Below the pieces are notes generated by a model. That model was not told the DNA's origin, ran no database searches, and saw only the letters and a list, made by a program, of their open reading frames with translations. Shown here piece after piece: positions 27,916 to 34,736 of a stretch of 64,000 nucleotides of DNA (the first letter of the stretch is position 1; each line of letters begins with the position of its first letter). The stretch covers positions 11,796 through 75,795 of the forward strand of contig NZ_CALFBQ010000057.1 of the NCBI RefSeq assembly GCF_937951745.1, in the 5' to 3' direction. The translations under genes and the position numbers were made by a program. The stretch is from an uncultured Chloroflexus sp. (GTDB taxonomy: Bacteria > Chloroflexota > Chloroflexia > Chloroflexales > Chloroflexaceae).

Positions 27916-28511
27916 CTCTCTTTCGCGAAGGGCTGAAAAAGGTGCTCACCTATATTCCCAATATTCAATGCGTTGGTGAAGCACACACCCCGCAAGAAGC
28001 GATCAGCATGGCAAGCAAGCTCCAACCAGATATCATCATGATGGATATTTCGTGGTACGGCGACAAATGGACGGGTGTTCATGCGATCGAACAGATCAAA
28101 CGCCAAGCGCCGCGGGTGGCTGTTATTGCGATGACGGCTTATCCAGAGTGGATCGAACAGGTCCAGCGCAAAGGCGCTGATATGGCCGTCTCGAAAGAGG
28201 TTTTCAACGACTCTGACCAACTCGAACGCTTGTTAGAGGAGGTGTTGCGGAAAGTTCGGCGGGCGCATACCCGGCATAACCTCACGAACCCGCTCACCGA
28301 ACGCGAAGAACAAGTCCTTCGCCTGATGGCGCGCGGTGCTCTGATCGAAGAGATGATGAAAGAGTTGAGTTGTAGCGCCGGCACGGTTAAACGGGATATT
28401 CAAAACATCTGTGATAAATTGCAAGTGACCAATCGGGTTCACGCTATTGCGCGCGCCTATGATCTCGGTATTTTAAAAGTGGGCAGCAGCTTTCCAGCCG
28501 AATCGACCTAA
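27876..28511 (+). CDS. NarL/LuxR-family response regulator
   Basis: IRVVIADDLALFREG, IIMMDISW and a LuxR-type HTH (LTEREEQVLRLMARG...TVKRDIQNICDKLQV). Overlaps the kinase gene by 40 nt. Confidence 0.9.
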   Translation: MDTLIRVVIADDLALFREGLKKVLTYIPNIQCVGEAHTPQEAISMASKLQPDIIMMDISWYGDKWTGVHAIEQIKRQAPRVAVIAMTAYPEWIEQVQRKGADMAVSKEVFNDSDQLERLLEEVLRKVRRAHTRHNLTNPLTEREEQVLRLMARGALIEEMMKELSCSAGTVKRDIQNICDKLQVTNRVHAIARAYDLGILKVGSSFPAEST

Positions 28512-28538
28512 ACCGAGAGCCAATAGCGATACTGAGAG

Positions 28539-28567
28539 ACGGCGCAGCCGGCTGCGCCGTTTTTTTG
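28539..28567 (+). terminator. Rho-independent terminator after the kinase/regulator operon
   Basis: acggcgcag-ccgg-ctgcgccgt stem-loop followed by a T7 run, 28 nt after the stop codon. Confidence 0.75.
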
Positions 28568-28660
28568 TTGCCGAATGGCGGCGAGCGCCGGCATATCTTT
28601 GCCATGAAGCATGATCCTTTTGGCGATCACACTTAATCCAACCATGAGTCTTCTGATGGA

Positions 28661-28716
28661 TGCGATGTGATCTGTGGGTACTTATAATCATCGTAACAAA
28701 TCAAATCCACATCGCA
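28661..28716 (+). promoter_or_regulatory. candidate promoter/operator: tataat box bracketed by a 9-bp inverted repeat
   Basis: tataat at 28683-28688, flanked by tgcgatgtg (28661-28669) and cacatcgca (28708-28716). It lies in a visibly AT-rich spacer upstream of the PH/kinase operon. The -35 element is poor. Confidence 0.35.
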
Positions 28717-28868
28717 GCATACAACAAACTTACTTACTTATTAAAAAAGCGTAAAAAGGAGGTGATTTTCCGTACTTTTTGCTAGAAGCAGGCACCTAGC
28801 GGAACACCGGCCCTCAGATCGGTTCGTGCTGTCGAACCGGCTCGCGCCACCCGGCGAAGGAGGACACG

Positions 28869-29312
28869 ATGGCGATCATTCACCAGTCTCCCCCGACCCC
28901 GTTCCGTCGTCATCCGCTGCGGCGCCTACAGCACTATCTCGGCCTCGCTGCCCTCTACGGAAGCTGCGCTGGATTGGCACGGCAAACCTTCATCACTGGG
29001 CATATCTCGCTCGCATTTGGATTCGCCTTCGCAAGTACGACTGCCCTGCTGGTCTTGATCGTGCTGGTGATCCGAGAACGCCGGTTCAACATCGTGATCA
29101 CCCGTGACAGGCTCATCATCGATTACGGCTATCCGTTTGGTTCACGCCGCATCATCGAACGGATCTATGTCCGCGAATATTGCTTCCCGTCCAATCCCAT
29201 CGGTTACTGGTTCGATACCGGCACACTAATGATCGAATATGGTGATGAAACGCTCGTCCTCGATGGCTTAACGCCATTCAGCACCCTCCGCGACCTGTTG
29301 GAGGTGCCGTGA
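28869..29312 (+). CDS. membrane protein with bacterial PH domain (bPH_2/YdbS-like)
   Basis: Two TM helices, then ITRDRLIIDYGYPFGSRRIIERIYVRE...TGTLMIEYGDETLVLDGL, typical of bPH_2 domains. Confidence 0.6.
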   Translation: MAIIHQSPPTPFRRHPLRRLQHYLGLAALYGSCAGLARQTFITGHISLAFGFAFASTTALLVLIVLVIRERRFNIVITRDRLIIDYGYPFGSRRIIERIYVREYCFPSNPIGYWFDTGTLMIEYGDETLVLDGLTPFSTLRDLLEVP

Positions 29313-30166
29313 TGACAACGGTTCCGCGCAACGAGGTCGTGGCCAATCGCTTTCAGGTGGTTCGCCTGCTGACCCGCACGGCTCACAGCATTGTTGATCT
29401 AGCTTACGATGGGCGGGATAAGCAATTCGTAGTGATCAAACGCCTTGCCCCCACTAGTCGCAGCTTGCCGATCCGCGACGCTGCCCGCGCGTTCTTGCGC
29501 GAGATCAAGATAGTTCACGCACTACCGGAGGCATATTATGGTGAATGGCCCTGCTTCCCGCGTTTCATTACGATGGGCCGCGATCGCCACGGGTATTACT
29601 ATGTCCAGCGTTACATTCCCGGCCAGACGCTAGCGTCCATCCTTGCCGCCGGTCATCCGCACGACGCGCTCACCATCGCGATCAATCTCTGCTGGGTGCT
29701 AAGCATCTTGCACGCGCACGGGATCATTCACGGTGATCTGCACCCACAAAACATTATAGTGGGAGTGCGCGGTGAGGTGGCACTGATCGATTTCGGCCTG
29801 AGCCGCTATCACGGCCAGCTCGCGCCGGAAGTGCAGGGGATTGGCCGGCCTACCTACACCCCGCCCGAACAATGGGCCGGCTGGCCGATTGATGAACGGA
29901 GCGATTTCTTCGCGCTGGGTTGGGTGTTGCACGAGCTGTTGGATGGTGAGCAGTTGCCGTCTTCCACTCAAGCGCTGATCGCGAGAATGCTCAATCCGTT
30001 TCCGGCAAATCGGCAGGTGACGCTAGCAGCATTGCAGGCCGAGCTTGAGGTGGTGCGCGACGAGCGCTTACAACCGCAGCCGGCGCCACAGTGGTTTATC
30101 AACGGCCTTATCATCGTCAGTATCACCGTCATTACGCTGCTTTATCTCAGCTTGTTGTGGCGATAA
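29309..30166 (+). CDS. Hanks-type Ser/Thr protein kinase, tail-anchored, no Gly-rich loop
   Basis: VVIKRL (catalytic Lys), FLREIKIV (alphaC Glu), IIHGDLHPQNIIV (catalytic loop, HGD instead of HRD), IDFGLSR, TYTPPEQ. C-terminal TM helix LIIVSITVITLLYLSLLW. 4-nt overlap with the PH gene. Confidence 0.8.
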   Translation: MMTTVPRNEVVANRFQVVRLLTRTAHSIVDLAYDGRDKQFVVIKRLAPTSRSLPIRDAARAFLREIKIVHALPEAYYGEWPCFPRFITMGRDRHGYYYVQRYIPGQTLASILAAGHPHDALTIAINLCWVLSILHAHGIIHGDLHPQNIIVGVRGEVALIDFGLSRYHGQLAPEVQGIGRPTYTPPEQWAGWPIDERSDFFALGWVLHELLDGEQLPSSTQALIARMLNPFPANRQVTLAALQAELEVVRDERLQPQPAPQWFINGLIIVSITVITLLYLSLLWR

Positions 30167-30209
30167 TCGCATCTCCGTGTCGGCAACCAAGCTGCCGCAC
30201 GCTATCCCT

Positions 30210-31232
30210 TTACTCGGCATATACCGCACGCATCCGCTCGATCGTCTGCCGGATCATTTCCACCAACTCATCCGGTTCGAGCACGCGGCAATGTTCGCGG
30301 TAGCGGAGCAGAATCTGCTCGGCTTGCCACAGATCGCTGGTTTGGGCCGAGATCTCGGCACTGCCGTCGGGGTGATACGTCACTGAACTGTTGGGAAACC
30401 AGAGCGCTACGTCGCGGTTGCGCGCCACTTGCGGCGAGAGTCGGTAACGCAATGACCACATCTTGCGCGGCGGCAGTTCGGGTGGCAAGACCCGCCGTTC
30501 GACGTGCAGCGAATCGGGAATGATGCGGTCAACCCGGTAGGGTACGTAGCGCCCTACCGTCGTCGGATGAGGTGAACTGTAGCAGTAGGCTTCGAGATAG
30601 ATATGGCCGTCGCGCATCAAGAGCCGTACCGGCGCCACCCGATGCGCTTCCGGTTCTTGGCTAAAGGTTGAGCGGTAGAGAAAGCGTAGCGCATGGCGGT
30701 GCAGATTGCGCTTGAGTCGGGCTAACCATTGTTGATCAACCGGTTGGCTGCTTTGGGGGAATTCAATCTCCATTTCCTGCTGTTGGCGGAGGTTTGACCG
30801 CCGTTCTGGCGGTAGTAACGCAATGACGTGATCGAGTAGCGATCGTACCTGCGGGCCGTTTGGCCAGTTGCCTTCACTGAACATTGTGACGAGAAAGGCC
30901 AATGCCTCAAGCTCTTCGTCAGGTAGATTGAGTAAGGTAAGCCGGCCAAAATCGGTCAGTGCGTAGCGCCCGTCAGGTTGGCGTTCGATTGTACAGAGAA
31001 ATTCGCTGCGGAGCGCGTTGAAATCGTGGCGAAGCGCAACCAGTGCGTTAGCAGGATAAATACCAGAGTCGAAGGTGCGGCGCGCGTCGGCGATTAGCTC
31101 GGCGGGTGTCGCCGGGCCGCGCACAAATCGACTGATCAGCCACAACCGACGCTGCACCGTTAATGCGGAACTGCGTTTTTGGCCGCGACCACGACGAGAT
31201 CGTGGAGTAGCCACATAACACCTCGTTGCCAT
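30210..31232 (-). CDS. WYL-domain transcriptional regulator (HTH - WYL - WCX architecture)
   Basis: N-terminal wHTH-like TVQRRLWLISRFVRGPATPAELI. WYL region HRVAPVRLLMRDGHIYLEAYCY...YRVDRI. C-terminal extension resembling the WCX domain of PafBC/BrxR/CapW-like regulators. Confidence 0.75.
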   Translation of the reverse strand: MATRCYVATPRSRRGRGQKRSSALTVQRRLWLISRFVRGPATPAELIADARRTFDSGIYPANALVALRHDFNALRSEFLCTIERQPDGRYALTDFGRLTLLNLPDEELEALAFLVTMFSEGNWPNGPQVRSLLDHVIALLPPERRSNLRQQQEMEIEFPQSSQPVDQQWLARLKRNLHRHALRFLYRSTFSQEPEAHRVAPVRLLMRDGHIYLEAYCYSSPHPTTVGRYVPYRVDRIIPDSLHVERRVLPPELPPRKMWSLRYRLSPQVARNRDVALWFPNSSVTYHPDGSAEISAQTSDLWQAEQILLRYREHCRVLEPDELVEMIRQTIERMRAVYAE

Positions 31233-31833
31233 ATCGGACGGATCTTTTGTGTATTATACCTGACTTGACTAGTGATGGGAGTAGCCGCTTGACAAAAATA
31301 AATTAACGTTGTGTATTTACATCATAAATAAACACTATCAATTGAGAAAGTCTCGATTACCCGCTTGCGCGTCCGTTCGGTCTTCCTCATGCCACTCTTT
31401 GTCTGGCGCACGATGGTGCAGGACTAACGCGCCGATGGCATTGTTCATATCGCCATCCGCTTCGAGTGGGGCAATGTTGTTTGGAAGAAGACGGTCTGGC
31501 GCGATGCGACGGCGATGAAGGGCTATCGTAACAGCGATGCGCACCGTTTGGCGATGCGGTTACTGGCCGAGGCTGTGCAGTGAGGCGGCGGTTGCGTGCT
31601 GGCCGGTTGTCGCCTATGAAGTGTCCATCGCCCTTTCATGCCGCCGGTCACACTGCGCCAGCGACAATGCAGCCGGGATTTGCGCCGCCATCGCCGCCAG
31701 TGCTGGGCTGAGGAAGTTGGGCAGAATGTTTACCACAGAGGACGCCGAGAGCGCAGAGGATGCGGAGTTTATCCCCATCCCCTACGCCCTCGGCGATGTT
31801 CACGTCCTTTTGGCTTCCTCTCCTACCTGATCC

Positions 31834-31880
31834 CTCCTCCGGCGGAGGAGTCGTCCTCCCCTCCCCCAGCGGGGGAGGGG
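31834..31880 (-). terminator. two GC-rich hairpins downstream of the MFS gene (possible terminator, no U-tract)
   Basis: ctcctcc-ggc-ggaggag (31834-31850) and cccctccccc-agc-gggggagggg (31858-31880), 34-80 nt after the MFS stop codon. Confidence 0.35.
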
Positions 31881-31913
31881 GCAAGCAACGCCCTTTGCTC
31901 GCGTTGCGACTGC

Positions 31914-33779
31914 TCACTCCATCATTGGCGGCAAATCTTGGCCGTAGCTGCGTTGGAGCGGCAGTTCGGGAATGAACAATGCCAGCACCAACCCGATCAC
32001 TGCCAACCAAATCGCGCACCAGTAGATGGTCGTCACACTGGTAGTGAAGGCATCTTTCAGGGCTGCACTGATCTGCTCGCCGATCGCCCGACCCTCGGCA
32101 CGGGCCGTCTGCTCGGCTTGGTCAAGCTGCGCCAACACCCGGTCGAGTGCCTGCGTGCGGGCGACTGCCGGCAAACTCCCAACCATATCCAGCATCGCCT
32201 TCTGCTGATCAGGGATCTGCGGGTCAGCGCGTAGCGCCTCGATTGCCGCCGGATCAGCATCGCGCAGCGCGCGCGTGATCAACTCGCGCCGGGCGGCAAA
32301 TTGCTCGGCAATCGCTTGTTCGATCCGTACTGCCGGATCAACCACTTCGCCGCTTGCCCCTTCGCCGGCACCCATCCCATTGCGCAGCGCGCTGCTGTCG
32401 AACTGAGCAGCCATTGCCGGCGGCAATTGGGCCTGAATCGGAGCCAGATTCGCACTCAGAGTCGTGGTCAAGACGCTGGTGAGCAGCGCACCGAAGACTG
32501 CCGAACCCACCACCTGTCCGATCTGCTGGAAGAATTGCCGGCTGGCCGTTGCCGCCCCCATATCGGTGCGCGGTACCGCGTTCTGCATCGCCAGATTGAG
32601 AATCGGCATCGAGGGGCCAAGACCAAGACCAAGTGCGATCATGCGCAGCCGCACCATCCAGATCGACGTCTCAGGGGTGAGCGTTGTCAGCCACCAGAGT
32701 GACGCGACGATAATCGCCATACCGCCGATGATCACCCACTTGTAGCGCCCGGTGCGCTGCACGATCTGTGATGACACCATCGCCCCAACCACAAGGCTAA
32801 GGGTGAGTGGAATGAGCGTAGTGCCGGCGGCAGTGGCGCTCACGCCGAGCACATTGACCAGATAGAGCGAAAGGAAGAAGATTGCCGCAAAGAGAGTGGC
32901 GCCAACCGTGACGCCGATCATTGCGGTGAGGGTGAAGGTGCGGATGCGGAAGAGGTGTAAGGGCAAGATTGGTGATTCAGCCCGCCGCTCGATCAGCAGG
33001 AAGAAGATCAAGCCAACTATGCTGACGGTAAACAAGCTCACGATCAGCGGCGACGTCCACGGAAAGTCATTCTTGTCGAGTGTCAACGCTAGCAAGAATG
33101 GGATCACCGTCAGCAGCAACGTTGCTGCGCCGGCGTAGTCAATCGCCGGTTTGAGGCCGCTGTGCAAGCGTGGCAGCTTGGCGATGATAAAGCCGAGTGC
33201 GATCACGCCCAACGGCAAGTTGACGAAGAAGATCCAGTGCCAGCTCAGGTTGTCGGTCAGTAGACCGCCAATAAACGGTCCCACCACGCTCGACAAGCCG
33301 AATACGGCGCCAAACAGACCCATATAGCGCGCCCGTTCCGCTGGTGCGAACAGGTCGGCGGGAATGGCGAAAGCGGTTGAGGTGAGCGCCGCCGCGCCAA
33401 AGCCTTGTAAGCCGCGGAAGAAGACCAACTGGGTCATATCACCGGCTAAGCCACACAACAGCGAGCCAAGCAAAAAGACCACGATCCCGAACAATAAGAC
33501 ATATTTGCGCCCGTAGATATCTGACAGCTTGCCGTAGATCGGCACCATCGCCGTTGATGCCAGCAGATAGCTGGTCGAAACCCACCCGATCAGTTCGATC
33601 CCCTTCAGATCGGCCACGATCCGCGGCAAAGCTGTCGAGACAATCGTCTGATCGAGCGCCGAGAGAAACAGACCAAGCAAGACTCCGATTAAGATCAGCA
33701 CTTTGCTGCGCTGATCAAGCGTCACGGCGTAATCAATCCGGGTTGTAGCTACAGTCGTTGGCGATGTGGTCGTAGCCAT
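31914..33779 (-). CDS. MFS drug:H+ antiporter, DHA2 (EmrB/QacA, 14-TM) type with about 130-aa helical C-terminal extension
   Basis: LDQTIVSTALPRI, GKLSDIYGRK and 14 hydrophobic segments. The tail is Ala/Gln/Glu-rich. Confidence 0.85.
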   Translation of the reverse strand: MATTTSPTTVATTRIDYAVTLDQRSKVLILIGVLLGLFLSALDQTIVSTALPRIVADLKGIELIGWVSTSYLLASTAMVPIYGKLSDIYGRKYVLLFGIVVFLLGSLLCGLAGDMTQLVFFRGLQGFGAAALTSTAFAIPADLFAPAERARYMGLFGAVFGLSSVVGPFIGGLLTDNLSWHWIFFVNLPLGVIALGFIIAKLPRLHSGLKPAIDYAGAATLLLTVIPFLLALTLDKNDFPWTSPLIVSLFTVSIVGLIFFLLIERRAESPILPLHLFRIRTFTLTAMIGVTVGATLFAAIFFLSLYLVNVLGVSATAAGTTLIPLTLSLVVGAMVSSQIVQRTGRYKWVIIGGMAIIVASLWWLTTLTPETSIWMVRLRMIALGLGLGPSMPILNLAMQNAVPRTDMGAATASRQFFQQIGQVVGSAVFGALLTSVLTTTLSANLAPIQAQLPPAMAAQFDSSALRNGMGAGEGASGEVVDPAVRIEQAIAEQFAARRELITRALRDADPAAIEALRADPQIPDQQKAMLDMVGSLPAVARTQALDRVLAQLDQAEQTARAEGRAIGEQISAALKDAFTTSVTTIYWCAIWLAVIGLVLALFIPELPLQRSYGQDLPPMME

Positions 33780-34066
33780 ACGGTTGGGTAACTCCTTGTC
33801 TTGCCAAACTTATGTCAAATGTTGTCTATCTTACCCTCAAGTTAGGGTGAGGGAACGTAGCCCACCAGCAATCTCCTCCAACCTGAAGGCGCAGAAGTGA
33901 TCCACGCAAAGGGTTAGGATGGATCGTCACATGTACCCTCATACCTTCCAACACAAAAGCCTCGCACCCGTTGCCGCCTTCGCGTCTTTGCGTATTGCAA
34001 ACAGACACCCATGACAGCGCGGCATCCACGCTATCTTCAACGAAGGCGCACTCACTGCGTATAAGG

Positions 34067-34534
34067 TTACTCAGCCGTCGCGAGGTTCCACTCGCGGCAC
34101 GCCGCACTGAGCGCCTGACCGAGCCGCTCGAGCAGCTCAGGCGGCAACTGGCGGAGATGACGGCTAGCTTCGCTCAAGCGAATCTGGCGCGCTTCAGCCA
34201 CCAGCCGCGCTCCGGCGGGCGTGAGTGAGACGAGCTTTTGACGACGGTCATACGGTGATTCGCTGCGCTCTACCAACCCATCTTGCACCAGTTGATCGAC
34301 GATCTGGCTGGTGGTTGCCATCGTTAAATTGAGATGCTCGCTCAGCGATGAGATGGTCGCCGTTTGGCAACGGTGCATGTGCATCAGTGCAATCAGGCGC
34401 GGCATCGAGAGGTTCGTCCGTTGCAAGAATTGTAAGAGCGTCTCCATGCTTTGGCCCATCAGCTCGCTATGCACGAGGTTGAACAACTCGGCGACGCGCT
34501 CTGGGGTGTAGGGTGGGTCGAGTTCGTGATACAC
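34067..34534 (-). CDS. MarR-family transcriptional regulator
   Basis: wHTH core TISSLSEHLNLTMATTSQIVDQLVQDGLVERSESPYDRRQKLVSLT. I chose the GTG at 34534 because ggagga lies 7 nt upstream. The listed ORF starts at the TTG at 34549. Confidence 0.85.
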   Translation of the reverse strand: MYHELDPPYTPERVAELFNLVHSELMGQSMETLLQFLQRTNLSMPRLIALMHMHRCQTATISSLSEHLNLTMATTSQIVDQLVQDGLVERSESPYDRRQKLVSLTPAGARLVAEARQIRLSEASRHLRQLPPELLERLGQALSAACREWNLATAE

Positions 34535-34540
34535 GATTTG

Positions 34541-34580
34541 ATCCTCCAAATAGTTTGTTTTTTCAAACTATTTGGAGGAT
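34541..34580. promoter_or_regulatory. perfect 17-bp inverted repeat (candidate MarR operator overlapping the marR RBS)
   Basis: atcctccaaatagtttg (34541-34557), tttttt, caaactatttggaggat (34564-34580). Confidence 0.55.
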
Positions 34581-34683
34581 ACAACTAGTTTCCCAGCTTG
34601 TCAAGGGGGATGGGTAGGGTAATCTAAAGATGCGGCCGCCAGATTGCAACATCAGCGAGAGATACACCCTCGCCGCGCCTCAG

Positions 34684-34721
34684 AAAAACAAAACCGGGAG
34701 AGCCGCAGTTGGCTCTCCCGG
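34684..34721 (-). terminator. Rho-independent terminator of bchH paralog 1
   Basis: ccgggagagcc-gcagtt-ggctctcccgg, followed on the minus strand by ttttgttttt. It begins 16 nt after the stop codon. Confidence 0.7.
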
Positions 34722-34736
34722 TGCCGTCATACGGCC

